Source: Blastocystis sp. Blastoise
Lineage: Eukaryota; Protista; Bigyra: Opalinata
Direction: 5' to 3'
Assembly (NCBI GenBank): GCA_039096225.1
Contig: JBBPEB010000011.1
Span: forward strand, 961,234-1,025,233
DNA length: 64,000 bases
Shown here: positions 10,501 to 25,500 of the stretch, one piece after another
How positions within the stretch are numbered: the stretch's first letter is position 1
How the letters are laid out: each line of letters begins with the position of its first letter
Program-made: the position numbers and the translations under genes
Notes under the pieces: generated by a model
Database searches by the model: none
What the model was told of the DNA's origin: nothing
The model's input: the letters and a program-made list of their open reading frames with translations, nothing else

Positions 10501-13500
10501 AGGTAATTATTGTATAGAAGGTATTAAATATTCTTGTCCATCTGGTTCTTATGGTAATGAAACTGGTCTTTATAATAATAATTGTAGTGGTAAATGTTTA
10601 GAAGGTTATTATTGTTTAGAAGGATCTATATCATCAATTGAAAATGAATGTGGTAATGCAAATGTATATTGTCCTTTAGGTTCTTCTTCTCCTATTAATG
10701 TTCCTTTAGGTTCTTATTCTATTCCTCTTGATGTTAATTCTACAATTCGTTCTAATTTTGTTATTTGTGAAGAAGGTAATTATTGTATAGAAGGTATTAA
10801 ATATTCTTGTCCATCTGGTTCTTATGGTAATGAAACTGGTCTTTATAATAATAATTGTAGTGGTAAATGTTTAGAAGGTTATTATTGTTTAGAAGGATCT
10901 ATATCATCAATTGAAAATGAATGTGGTAATGCAAATGTATATTGTCCTTTAGGTTCTTCTTCTCCTATTAATGTTCCTTTAGGTTCTTATTCTATTCCTC
11001 TTGATGTTAATTCTACAATTCGTTCTAATTTTGTTATTTGTGAAGAAGGTAATTATTGTATAGAAGGTATTAAATATTCTTGTCCATCTGGTTCTTATGG
11101 TAATGAAACTGGTCTTTATAATAATAATTGTAGTGGTAAATGTTTAGAAGGTTATTATTGTTTAGAAGGATCTATATCATCAATTGAAAATGAATGTGGT
11201 AATGCAAATGTATATTGTCCTTTAGGTTCTTCTTCTCCTATTAATGTTCCTTTAGGTTCTTATTCTATTCCTCTTGATGTTAATTCTACAATTCGTTCTA
11301 ATTTTGTTATTTGTGAAGAAGGTAATTATTGTATAGAAGGTATTAAATATTCTTGTCCATCTGGTTCTTATGGTAATGAAACTGGTCTTTATAATAATAA
11401 TTGTAGTGGTAAATGTTTAGAAGGTTATTATTGTTTAGAAGGATCTATATCATCAATTGAAAATGAATGTGGTAATGCAAATGTATATTGTCCTTTAGGT
11501 TCTTCTTCTCCTATTAATGTTCCTTTAGGTTCTTATTCTATTCCTCTTGATGTTAATTCTACAATTCGTTCTAATTTTGTTATTTGTGAAGAAGGTAATT
11601 ATTGTATAGAAGGTATTAAATATTCTTGTCCATCTGGTTCTTATGGTAATGAAACTGGTCTTTATAATAATAATTGTAGTGGTAAATGTTTAGAAGGTTA
11701 TTATTGTTTAGAAGGATCTATATCATCAATTGAAAATGAATGTGGTAATGCAAATGTATATTGTCCTTTAGGTTCTTCTTCTCCTATTAATGTTCCTTTA
11801 GGTTCTTATTCTATTCCTCTTGATGTTAATTCTACAATTCGTTCTAATTTTGTTATTTGTGAAGAAGGTAATTATTGTATAGAAGGTATTAAATATTCTT
11901 GTCCATCTGGTTCTTATGGTAATGAAACTGGTCTTTATAATAATAATTGTAGTGGTAAATGTTTAGAAGGTTATTATTGTTTAGAAGGATCTATATCATC
12001 AATTGAAAATGAATGTGGTAATGCAAATGTATATTGTCCTTTAGGTTCTTCTTCTCCTATTAATGTTCCTTTAGGTTCTTATTCTATTCCTCTTGATGTT
12101 AATTCTACAATTCGTTCTAATTTTGTTATTTGTGAAGAAGGTAATTATTGTATAGAAGGTATTAAATATTCTTGTCCATCTGGTTCTTATGGTAATGAAA
12201 CTGGTCTTTATAATAATAATTGTAGTGGTAAATGTTTAGAAGGTTATTATTGTTTAGAAGGATCTATATCATCAATTGAAAATGAATGTGGTAATGCAAA
12301 TGTATATTGTCCTTTAGGTTCTTCTTCTCCTATTAATGTTCCTTTAGGTTCTTATTCTATTCCTCTTGATGTTAATTCTACAATTCGTTCTAATTTTGTT
12401 ATTTGTGAAGAAGGTAATTATTGTATAGAAGGTATTAAATATTCTTGTCCATCTGGTTCTTATGGTAATGAAACTGGTCTTTATAATAATAATTGTAGTG
12501 GTAAATGTTTAGAAGGTTATTATTGTTTAGAAGGATCTATATCATCAATTGAAAATGAATGTGGTAATGCAAATGTATATTGTCCTTTAGGTTCTTCTTC
12601 TCCTATTAATGTTCCTTTAGGTTCTTATTCTATTCCTCTTGATGTTAATTCTACAATTCGTTCTAATTTTGTTATTTGTGAAGAAGGTAATTATTGTATA
12701 GAAGGTATTAAATATTCTTGTCCATCTGGTTCTTATGGTAATGAAACTGGTCTTTATAATAATAATTGTAGTGGTAAATGTTTAGAAGGTTATTATTGTT
12801 TAGAAGGATCTATATCATCAATTGAAAATGAATGTGGTAATGCAAATGTATATTGTCCTTTAGGTTCTTCTTCTCCTATTAATGTTCCTTTAGGTTCTTA
12901 TTCTATTCCTCTTGATGTTAATTCTACAATTCGTTCTAATTTTGTTATTTGTGAAGAAGGTAATTATTGTATAGAAGGTATTAAATATTCTTGTCCATCT
13001 GGTTCTTATGGTAATGAAACTGGTCTTTATAATAATAATTGTAGTGGTAAATGTTTAGAAGGTTATTATTGTTTAGAAGGATCTATATCATCAATTGAAA
13101 ATGAATGTGGTAATGCAAATGTATATTGTCCTTTAGGTTCTTCTTCTCCTATTAATGTTCCTTTAGGTTCTTATTCTATTCCTCTTGATGTTAATTCTAC
13201 AATTCGTTCTAATTTTGTTATTTGTGAAGAAGGTAATTATTGTATAGAAGGTATTAAATATTCTTGTCCATCTGGTTCTTATGGTAATGAAACTGGTCTT
13301 TATAATAATAATTGTAGTGGTAAATGTTTAGAAGGTTATTATTGTTTAGAAGGATCTATATCATCAATTGAAAATGAATGTGGTAATGCAAATGTATATT
13401 GTCCTTTAGGTTCTTCTTCTCCTATTAATGTTCCTTTAGGTTCTTATTCTATTCCTCTTGATGTTAATTCTACAATTCGTTCTAATTTTGTTATTTGTGA

Positions 13501-16500
13501 AGAAGGTAATTATTGTATAGAAGGTATTAAATATTCTTGTCCATCTGGTTCTTATGGTAATGAAACTGGTCTTTATAATAATAATTGTAGTGGTAAATGT
13601 TTAGAAGGTTATTATTGTTTAGAAGGATCTATATCATCAATTGAAAATGAATGTGGTAATGCAAATGTATATTGTCCTTTAGGTTCTTCTTCTCCTATTA
13701 ATGTTCCTTTAGGTTCTTATTCTATTCCTCTTGATGTTAATTCTACAATTCGTTCTAATTTTGTTATTTGTGAAGAAGGTAATTATTGTATAGAAGGTAT
13801 TAAATATTCTTGTCCATCTGGTTCTTATGGTAATGAAACTGGTCTTTATAATAATAATTGTAGTGGTAAATGTTTAGAAGGTTATTATTGTTTAGAAGGA
13901 TCTATATCATCAATTGAAAATGAATGTGGTAATGCAAATGTATATTGTCCTTTAGGTTCTTCTTCTCCTATTAATGTTCCTTTAGGTTCTTATTCTATTC
14001 CTCTTGATGTTAATTCTACAATTCGTTCTAATTTTGTTATTTGTGAAGAAGGTAATTATTGTATAGAAGGTATTAAATATTCTTGTCCATCTGGTTCTTA
14101 TGGTAATGAAACTGGTCTTTATAATAATAATTGTAGTGGTAAATGTTTAGAAGGTTATTATTGTTTAGAAGGATCTATATCATCAATTGAAAATGAATGT
14201 GGTAATGCAAATGTATATTGTCCTTTAGGTTCTTCTTCTCCTATTAATGTTCCTTTAGGTTCTTATTCTATTCCTCTTGATGTTAATTCTACAATTCGTT
14301 CTAATTTTGTTATTTGTGAAGAAGGTAATTATTGTATAGAAGGTATTAAATATTCTTGTCCATCTGGTTCTTATGGTAATGAAACTGGTCTTTATAATAA
14401 TAATTGTAGTGGTAAATGTTTAGAAGGTTATTATTGTTTAGAAGGATCTATATCATCAATTGAAAATGAATGTGGTAATGCAAATGTATATTGTCCTTTA
14501 GGTTCTTCTTCTCCTATTAATGTTCCTTTAGGTTCTTATTCTATTCCTCTTGATGTTAATTCTACAATTCGTTCTAATTTTGTTATTTGTGAAGAAGGTA
14601 ATTATTGTATAGAAGGTATTAAATATTCTTGTCCATCTGGTTCTTATGGTAATGAAACTGGTCTTTATAATAATAATTGTAGTGGTAAATGTTTAGAAGG
14701 TTATTATTGTTTAGAAGGATCTATATCATCAATTGAAAATGAATGTGGTAATGCAAATGTATATTGTCCTTTAGGTTCTTCTTCTCCTATTAATGTTCCT
14801 TTAGGTTCTTATTCTATTCCTCTTGATGTTAATTCTACAATTCGTTCTAATTTTGTTATTTGTGAAGAAGGTAATTATTGTATAGAAGGTATTAAATATT
14901 CTTGTCCATCTGGTTCTTATGGTAATGAAACTGGTCTTTATAATAATAATTGTAGTGGTAAATGTTTAGAAGGTTATTATTGTTTAGAAGGATCTATATC
15001 ATCAATTGAAAATGAATGTGGTAATGCAAATGTATATTGTCCTTTAGGTTCTTCTTCTCCTATTAATGTTCCTTTAGGTTCTTATTCTATTCCTCTTGAT
15101 GTTAATTCTACAATTCGTTCTAATTTTGTTATTTGTGAAGAAGGTAATTATTGTATAGAAGGTATTAAATATTCTTGTCCATCTGGTTCTTATGGTAATG
15201 AAACTGGTCTTTATAATAATAATTGTAGTGGTAAATGTTTAGAAGGTTATTATTGTTTAGAAGGATCTATATCATCAATTGAAAATGAATGTGGTAATGC
15301 AAATGTATATTGTCCTTTAGGTTCTTCTTCTCCTATTAATGTTCCTTTAGGTTCTTATTCTATTCCTCTTGATGTTAATTCTACAATTCGTTCTAATTTT
15401 GTTATTTGTGAAGAAGGTAATTATTGTATAGAAGGTATTAAATATTCTTGTCCATCTGGTTCTTATGGTAATGAAACTGGTCTTTATAATAATAATTGTA
15501 GTGGTAAATGTTTAGAAGGTTATTATTGTTTAGAAGGATCTATATCATCAATTGAAAATGAATGTGGTAATGCAAATGTATATTGTCCTTTAGGTTCTTC
15601 TTCTCCTATTAATGTTCCTTTAGGTTCTTATTCTATTCCTCTTGATGTTAATTCTACAATTCGTTCTAATTTTGTTATTTGTGAAGAAGGTAATTATTGT
15701 ATAGAAGGTATTAAATATTCTTGTCCATCTGGTTCTTATGGTAATGAAACTGGTCTTTATAATAATAATTGTAGTGGTAAATGTTTAGAAGGTTATTATT
15801 GTTTAGAAGGATCTATATCATCAATTGAAAATGAATGTGGTAATGCAAATGTATATTGTCCTTTAGGTTCTTCTTCTCCTATTAATGTTCCTTTAGGTTC
15901 TTATTCTATTCCTCTTGATGTTAATTCTACAATTCGTTCTAATTTTGTTATTTGTGAAGAAGGTAATTATTGTATAGAAGGTATTAAATATTCTTGTCCA
16001 TCTGGTTCTTATGGTAATGAAACTGGTCTTTATAATAATAATTGTAGTGGTAAATGTTTAGAAGGTTATTATTGTTTAGAAGGATCTATATCATCAATTG
16101 AAAATGAATGTGGTAATGCAAATGTATATTGTCCTTTAGGTTCTTCTTCTCCTATTAATGTTCCTTTAGGTTCTTATTCTATTCCTCTTGATGTTAATTC
16201 TACAATTCGTTCTAATTTTGTTATTTGTGAAGAAGGTAATTATTGTATAGAAGGTATTAAATATTCTTGTCCATCTGGTTCTTATGGTAATGAAACTGGT
16301 CTTTATAATAATAATTGTAGTGGTAAATGTTTAGAAGGTTATTATTGTTTAGAAGGATCTATATCATCAATTGAAAATGAATGTGGTAATGCAAATGTAT
16401 ATTGTCCTTTAGGTTCTTCTTCTCCTATTAATGTTCCTTTAGGTTCTTATTCTATTCCTCTTGATGTTAATTCTACAATTCGTTCTAATTTTGTTATTTG

Positions 16501-19500
16501 TGAAGAAGGTAATTATTGTATAGAAGGTATTAAATATTCTTGTCCATCTGGTTCTTATGGTAATGAAACTGGTCTTTATAATAATAATTGTAGTGGTAAA
16601 TGTTTAGAAGGTTATTATTGTTTAGAAGGATCTATATCATCAATTGAAAATGAATGTGGTAATGCAAATGTATATTGTCCTTTAGGTTCTTCTTCTCCTA
16701 TTAATGTTCCTTTAGGTTCTTATTCTATTCCTCTTGATGTTAATTCTACAATTCGTTCTAATTTTGTTATTTGTGAAGAAGGTAATTATTGTATAGAAGG
16801 TATTAAATATTCTTGTCCATCTGGTTCTTATGGTAATGAAACTGGTCTTTATAATAATAATTGTAGTGGTAAATGTTTAGAAGGTTATTATTGTTTAGAA
16901 GGATCTATATCATCAATTGAAAATGAATGTGGTAATGCAAATGTATATTGTCCTTTAGGTTCTTCTTCTCCTATTAATGTTCCTTTAGGTTCTTATTCTA
17001 TTCCTCTTGATGTTAATTCTACAATTCGTTCTAATTTTGTTATTTGTGAAGAAGGTAATTATTGTATAGAAGGTATTAAATATTCTTGTCCATCTGGTTC
17101 TTATGGTAATGAAACTGGTCTTTATAATAATAATTGTAGTGGTAAATGTTTAGAAGGTTATTATTGTTTAGAAGGATCTATATCATCAATTGAAAATGAA
17201 TGTGGTAATGCAAATGTATATTGTCCTTTAGGTTCTTCTTCTCCTATTAATGTTCCTTTAGGTTCTTATTCTATTCCTCTTGATGTTAATTCTACAATTC
17301 GTTCTAATTTTGTTATTTGTGAAGAAGGTAATTATTGTATAGAAGGTATTAAATATTCTTGTCCATCTGGTTCTTATGGTAATGAAACTGGTCTTTATAA
17401 TAATAATTGTAGTGGTAAATGTTTAGAAGGTTATTATTGTTTAGAAGGATCTATATCATCAATTGAAAATGAATGTGGTAATGCAAATGTATATTGTCCT
17501 TTAGGTTCTTCTTCTCCTATTAATGTTCCTTTAGGTTCTTATTCTATTCCTCTTGATGTTAATTCTACAATTCGTTCTAATTTTGTTATTTGTGAAGAAG
17601 GTAATTATTGTATAGAAGGTATTAAATATTCTTGTCCATCTGGTTCTTATGGTAATGAAACTGGTCTTTATAATAATAATTGTAGTGGTAAATGTTTAGA
17701 AGGTTATTATTGTTTAGAAGGATCTATATCATCAATTGAAAATGAATGTGGTAATGCAAATGTATATTGTCCTTTAGGTTCTTCTTCTCCTATTAATGTT
17801 CCTTTAGGTTCTTATTCTATTCCTCTTGATGTTAATTCTACAATTCGTTCTAATTTTGTTATTTGTGAAGAAGGTAATTATTGTATAGAAGGTATTAAAT
17901 ATTCTTGTCCATCTGGTTCTTATGGTAATGAAACTGGTCTTTATAATAATAATTGTAGTGGTAAATGTTTAGAAGGTTATTATTGTTTAGAAGGATCTAT
18001 ATCATCAATTGAAAATGAATGTGGTAATGCAAATGTATATTGTCCTTTAGGTTCTTCTTCTCCTATTAATGTTCCTTTAGGTTCTTATTCTATTCCTCTT
18101 GATGTTAATTCTACAATTCGTTCTAATTTTGTTATTTGTGAAGAAGGTAATTATTGTATAGAAGGTATTAAATATTCTTGTCCATCTGGTTCTTATGGTA
18201 ATGAAACTGGTCTTTATAATAATAATTGTAGTGGTAAATGTTTAGAAGGTTATTATTGTTTAGAAGGATCTATATCATCAATTGAAAATGAATGTGGTAA
18301 TGCAAATGTATATTGTCCTTTAGGTTCTTCTTCTCCTATTAATGTTCCTTTAGGTTCTTATTCTATTCCTCTTGATGTTAATTCTACAATTCGTTCTAAT
18401 TTTGTTATTTGTGAAGAAGGTAATTATTGTATAGAAGGTATTAAATATTCTTGTCCATCTGGTTCTTATGGTAATGAAACTGGTCTTTATAATAATAATT
18501 GTAGTGGTAAATGTTTAGAAGGTTATTATTGTTTAGAAGGATCTATATCATCAATTGAAAATGAATGTGGTAATGCAAATGTATATTGTCCTTTAGGTTC
18601 TTCTTCTCCTATTAATGTTCCTTTAGGTTCTTATTCTATTCCTCTTGATGTTAATTCTACAATTCGTTCTAATTTTGTTATTTGTGAAGAAGGTAATTAT
18701 TGTATAGAAGGTATTAAATATTCTTGTCCATCTGGTTCTTATGGTAATGAAACTGGTCTTTATAATAATAATTGTAGTGGTAAATGTTTAGAAGGTTATT
18801 ATTGTTTAGAAGGATCTATATCATCAATTGAAAATGAATGTGGTAATGCAAATGTATATTGTCCTTTAGGTTCTTCTTCTCCTATTAATGTTCCTTTAGG
18901 TTCTTATTCTATTCCTCTTGATGTTAATTCTACAATTCGTTCTAATTTTGTTATTTGTGAAGAAGGTAATTATTGTATAGAAGGTATTAAATATTCTTGT
19001 CCATCTGGTTCTTATGGTAATGAAACTGGTCTTTATAATAATAATTGTAGTGGTAAATGTTTAGAAGGTTATTATTGTTTAGAAGGATCTATATCATCAA
19101 TTGAAAATGAATGTGGTAATGCAAATGTATATTGTCCTTTAGGTTCTTCTTCTCCTATTAATGTTCCTTTAGGTTCTTATTCTATTCCTCTTGATGTTAA
19201 TTCTACAATTCGTTCTAATTTTGTTATTTGTGAAGAAGGTAATTATTGTATAGAAGGTATTAAATATTCTTGTCCATCTGGTTCTTATGGTAATGAAACT
19301 GGTCTTTATAATAATAATTGTAGTGGTAAATGTTTAGAAGGTTATTATTGTTTAGAAGGATCTATATCATCAATTGAAAATGAATGTGGTAATGCAAATG
19401 TATATTGTCCTTTAGGTTCTTCTTCTCCTATTAATGTTCCTTTAGGTTCTTATTCTATTCCTCTTGATGTTAATTCTACAATTCGTTCTAATTTTGTTAT

Positions 19501-22500
19501 TTGTGAAGAAGGTAATTATTGTATAGAAGGTATTAAATATTCTTGTCCATCTGGTTCTTATGGTAATGAAACTGGTCTTTATAATAATAATTGTAGTGGT
19601 AAATGTTTAGAAGGTTATTATTGTTTAGAAGGATCTATATCATCAATTGAAAATGAATGTGGTAATGCAAATGTATATTGTCCTTTAGGTTCTTCTTCTC
19701 CTATTAATGTTCCTTTAGGTTCTTATTCTATTCCTCTTGATGTTAATTCTACAATTCGTTCTAATTTTGTTATTTGTGAAGAAGGTAATTATTGTATAGA
19801 AGGTATTAAATATTCTTGTCCATCTGGTTCTTATGGTAATGAAACTGGTCTTTATAATAATAATTGTAGTGGTAAATGTTTAGAAGGTTATTATTGTTTA
19901 GAAGGATCTATATCATCAATTGAAAATGAATGTGGTAATGCAAATGTATATTGTCCTTTAGGTTCTTCTTCTCCTATTAATGTTCCTTTAGGTTCTTATT
20001 CTATTCCTCTTGATGTTAATTCTACAATTCGTTCTAATTTTGTTATTTGTGAAGAAGGTAATTATTGTATAGAAGGTATTAAATATTCTTGTCCATCTGG
20101 TTCTTATGGTAATGAAACTGGTCTTTATAATAATAATTGTAGTGGTAAATGTTTAGAAGGTTATTATTGTTTAGAAGGATCTATATCATCAATTGAAAAT
20201 GAATGTGGTAATGCAAATGTATATTGTCCTTTAGGTTCTTCTTCTCCTATTAATGTTCCTTTAGGTTCTTATTCTATTCCTCTTGATGTTAATTCTACAA
20301 TTCGTTCTAATTTTGTTATTTGTGAAGAAGGTAATTATTGTATAGAAGGTATTAAATATTCTTGTCCATCTGGTTCTTATGGTAATGAAACTGGTCTTTA
20401 TAATAATAATTGTAGTGGTAAATGTTTAGAAGGTTATTATTGTTTAGAAGGATCTATATCATCAATTGAAAATGAATGTGGTAATGCAAATGTATATTGT
20501 CCTTTAGGTTCTTCTTCTCCTATTAATGTTCCTTTAGGTTCTTATTCTATTCCTCTTGATGTTAATTCTACAATTCGTTCTAATTTTGTTATTTGTGAAG
20601 AAGGTAATTATTGTATAGAAGGTATTAAATATTCTTGTCCATCTGGTTCTTATGGTAATGAAACTGGTCTTTATAATAATAATTGTAGTGGTAAATGTTT
20701 AGAAGGTTATTATTGTTTAGAAGGATCTATATCATCAATTGAAAATGAATGTGGTAATGCAAATGTATATTGTCCTTTAGGTTCTTCTTCTCCTATTAAT
20801 GTTCCTTTAGGTTCTTATTCTATTCCTCTTGATGTTAATTCTACAATTCGTTCTAATTTTGTTATTTGTGAAGAAGGTAATTATTGTATAGAAGGTATTA
20901 AATATTCTTGTCCATCTGGTTCTTATGGTAATGAAACTGGTCTTTATAATAATAATTGTAGTGGTAAATGTTTAGAAGGTTATTATTGTTTAGAAGGATC
21001 TATATCATCAATTGAAAATGAATGTGGTAATGCAAATGTATATTGTCCTTTAGGTTCTTCTTCTCCTATTAATGTTCCTTTAGGTTCTTATTCTATTCCT
21101 CTTGATGTTAATTCTACAATTCGTTCTAATTTTGTTATTTGTGAAGAAGGTAATTATTGTATAGAAGGTATTAAATATTCTTGTCCATCTGGTTCTTATG
21201 GTAATGAAACTGGTCTTTATAATAATAATTGTAGTGGTAAATGTTTAGAAGGTTATTATTGTTTAGAAGGATCTATATCATCAATTGAAAATGAATGTGG
21301 TAATGCAAATGTATATTGTCCTTTAGGTTCTTCTTCTCCTATTAATGTTCCTTTAGGTTCTTATTCTATTCCTCTTGATGTTAATTCTACAATTCGTTCT
21401 AATTTTGTTATTTGTGAAGAAGGTAATTATTGTATAGAAGGTATTAAATATTCTTGTCCATCTGGTTCTTATGGTAATGAAACTGGTCTTTATAATAATA
21501 ATTGTAGTGGTAAATGTTTAGAAGGTTATTATTGTTTAGAAGGATCTATATCATCAATTGAAAATGAATGTGGTAATGCAAATGTATATTGTCCTTTAGG
21601 TTCTTCTTCTCCTATTAATGTTCCTTTAGGTTCTTATTCTATTCCTCTTGATGTTAATTCTACAATTCGTTCTAATTTTGTTATTTGTGAAGAAGGTAAT
21701 TATTGTATAGAAGGTATTAAATATTCTTGTCCATCTGGTTCTTATGGTAATGAAACTGGTCTTTATAATAATAATTGTAGTGGTAAATGTTTAGAAGGTT
21801 ATTATTGTTTAGAAGGATCTATATCATCAATTGAAAATGAATGTGGTAATGCAAATGTATATTGTCCTTTAGGTTCTTCTTCTCCTATTAATGTTCCTTT
21901 AGGTTCTTATTCTATTCCTCTTGATGTTAATTCTACAATTCGTTCTAATTTTGTTATTTGTGAAGAAGGTAATTATTGTATAGAAGGTATTAAATATTCT
22001 TGTCCATCTGGTTCTTATGGTAATGAAACTGGTCTTTATAATAATAATTGTAGTGGTAAATGTTTAGAAGGTTATTATTGTTTAGAAGGATCTATATCAT
22101 CAATTGAAAATGAATGTGGTAATGCAAATGTATATTGTCCTTTAGGTTCTTCTTCTCCTATTAATGTTCCTTTAGGTTCTTATTCTATTCCTCTTGATGT
22201 TAATTCTACAATTCGTTCTAATTTTGTTATTTGTGAAGAAGGTAATTATTGTATAGAAGGTATTAAATATTCTTGTCCATCTGGTTCTTATGGTAATGAA
22301 ACTGGTCTTTATAATAATAATTGTAGTGGTAAATGTTTAGAAGGTTATTATTGTTTAGAAGGATCTATATCATCAATTGAAAATGAATGTGGTAATGCAA
22401 ATGTATATTGTCCTTTAGGTTCTTCTTCTCCTATTAATGTTCCTTTAGGTTCTTATTCTATTCCTCTTGATGTTAATTCTACAATTCGTTCTAATTTTGT

Positions 22501-25500
22501 TATTTGTGAAGAAGGTAATTATTGTATAGAAGGTATTAAATATTCTTGTCCATCTGGTTCTTATGGTAATGAAACTGGTCTTTATAATAATAATTGTAGT
22601 GGTAAATGTTTAGAAGGTTATTATTGTTTAGAAGGATCTATATCATCAATTGAAAATGAATGTGGTAATGCAAATGTATATTGTCCTTTAGGTTCTTCTT
22701 CTCCTATTAATGTTCCTTTAGGTTCTTATTCTATTCCTCTTGATGTTAATTCTACAATTCGTTCTAATTTTGTTATTTGTGAAGAAGGTAATTATTGTAT
22801 AGAAGGTATTAAATATTCTTGTCCATCTGGTTCTTATGGTAATGAAACTGGTCTTTATAATAATAATTGTAGTGGTAAATGTTTAGAAGGTTATTATTGT
22901 TTAGAAGGATCTATATCATCAATTGAAAATGAATGTGGTAATGCAAATGTATATTGTCCTTTAGGTTCTTCTTCTCCTATTAATGTTCCTTTAGGTTCTT
23001 ATTCTATTCCTCTTGATGTTAATTCTACAATTCGTTCTAATTTTGTTATTTGTGAAGAAGGTAATTATTGTATAGAAGGTATTAAATATTCTTGTCCATC
23101 TGGTTCTTATGGTAATGAAACTGGTCTTTATAATAATAATTGTAGTGGTAAATGTTTAGAAGGTTATTATTGTTTAGAAGGATCTATATCATCAATTGAA
23201 AATGAATGTGGTAATGCAAATGTATATTGTCCTTTAGGTTCTTCTTCTCCTATTAATGTTCCTTTAGGTTCTTATTCTATTCCTCTTGATGTTAATTCTA
23301 CAATTCGTTCTAATTTTGTTATTTGTGAAGAAGGTAATTATTGTATAGAAGGTATTAAATATTCTTGTCCATCTGGTTCTTATGGTAATGAAACTGGTCT
23401 TTATAATAATAATTGTAGTGGTAAATGTTTAGAAGGTTATTATTGTTTAGAAGGATCTATATCATCAATTGAAAATGAATGTGGTAATGCAAATGTATAT
23501 TGTCCTTTAGGTTCTTCTTCTCCTATTAATGTTCCTTTAGGTTCTTATTCTATTCCTCTTGATGTTAATTCTACAATTCGTTCTAATTTTGTTATTTGTG
23601 AAGAAGGTAATTATTGTATAGAAGGTATTAAATATTCTTGTCCATCTGGTTCTTATGGTAATGAAACTGGTCTTTATAATAATAATTGTAGTGGTAAATG
23701 TTTAGAAGGTTATTATTGTTTAGAAGGATCTATATCATCAATTGAAAATGAATGTGGTAATGCAAATGTATATTGTCCTTTAGGTTCTTCTTCTCCTATT
23801 AATGTTCCTTTAGGTTCTTATTCTATTCCTCTTGATGTTAATTCTACAATTCGTTCTAATTTTGTTATTTGTGAAGAAGGTAATTATTGTATAGAAGGTA
23901 TTAAATATTCTTGTCCATCTGGTTCTTATGGTAATGAAACTGGTCTTTATAATAATAATTGTAGTGGTAAATGTTTAGAAGGTTATTATTGTTTAGAAGG
24001 ATCTATATCATCAATTGAAAATGAATGTGGTAATGCAAATGTATATTGTCCTTTAGGTTCTTCTTCTCCTATTAATGTTCCTTTAGGTTCTTATTCTATT
24101 CCTCTTGATGTTAATTCTACAATTCGTTCTAATTTTGTTATTTGTGAAGAAGGTAATTATTGTATAGAAGGTATTAAATATTCTTGTCCATCTGGTTCTT
24201 ATGGTAATGAAACTGGTCTTTATAATAATAATTGTAGTGGTAAATGTTTAGAAGGTTATTATTGTTTAGAAGGATCTATATCATCAATTGAAAATGAATG
24301 TGGTAATGCAAATGTATATTGTCCTTTAGGTTCTTCTTCTCCTATTAATGTTCCTTTAGGTTCTTATTCTATTCCTCTTGATGTTAATTCTACAATTCGT
24401 TCTAATTTTGTTATTTGTGAAGAAGGTAATTATTGTATAGAAGGTATTAAATATTCTTGTCCATCTGGTTCTTATGGTAATGAAACTGGTCTTTATAATA
24501 ATAATTGTAGTGGTAAATGTTTAGAAGGTTATTATTGTTTAGAAGGATCTATATCATCAATTGAAAATGAATGTGGTAATGCAAATGTATATTGTCCTTT
24601 AGGTTCTTCTTCTCCTATTAATGTTCCTTTAGGTTCTTATTCTATTCCTCTTGATGTTAATTCTACAATTCGTTCTAATTTTGTTATTTGTGAAGAAGGT
24701 AATTATTGTATAGAAGGTATTAAATATTCTTGTCCATCTGGTTCTTATGGTAATGAAACTGGTCTTTATAATAATAATTGTAGTGGTAAATGTTTAGAAG
24801 GTTATTATTGTTTAGAAGGATCTATATCATCAATTGAAAATGAATGTGGTAATGCAAATGTATATTGTCCTTTAGGTTCTTCTTCTCCTATTAATGTTCC
24901 TTTAGGTTCTTATTCTATTCCTCTTGATGTTAATTCTACAATTCGTTCTAATTTTGTTATTTGTGAAGAAGGTAATTATTGTATAGAAGGTATTAAATAT
25001 TCTTGTCCATCTGGTTCTTATGGTAATGAAACTGGTCTTTATAATAATAATTGTAGTGGTAAATGTTTAGAAGGTTATTATTGTTTAGAAGGATCTATAT
25101 CATCAATTGAAAATGAATGTGGTAATGCAAATGTATATTGTCCTTTAGGTTCTTCTTCTCCTATTAATGTTCCTTTAGGTTCTTATTCTATTCCTCTTGA
25201 TGTTAATTCTACAATTCGTTCTAATTTTGTTATTTGTGAAGAAGGTAATTATTGTATAGAAGGTATTAAATATTCTTGTCCATCTGGTTCTTATGGTAAT
25301 GAAACTGGTCTTTATAATAATAATTGTAGTGGTAAATGTTTAGAAGGTTATTATTGTTTAGAAGGATCTATATCATCAATTGAAAATGAATGTGGTAATG
25401 CAAATGTATATTGTCCTTTAGGTTCTTCTTCTCCTATTAATGTTCCTTTAGGTTCTTATTCTATTCCTCTTGATGTTAATTCTACAATTCGTTCTAATTT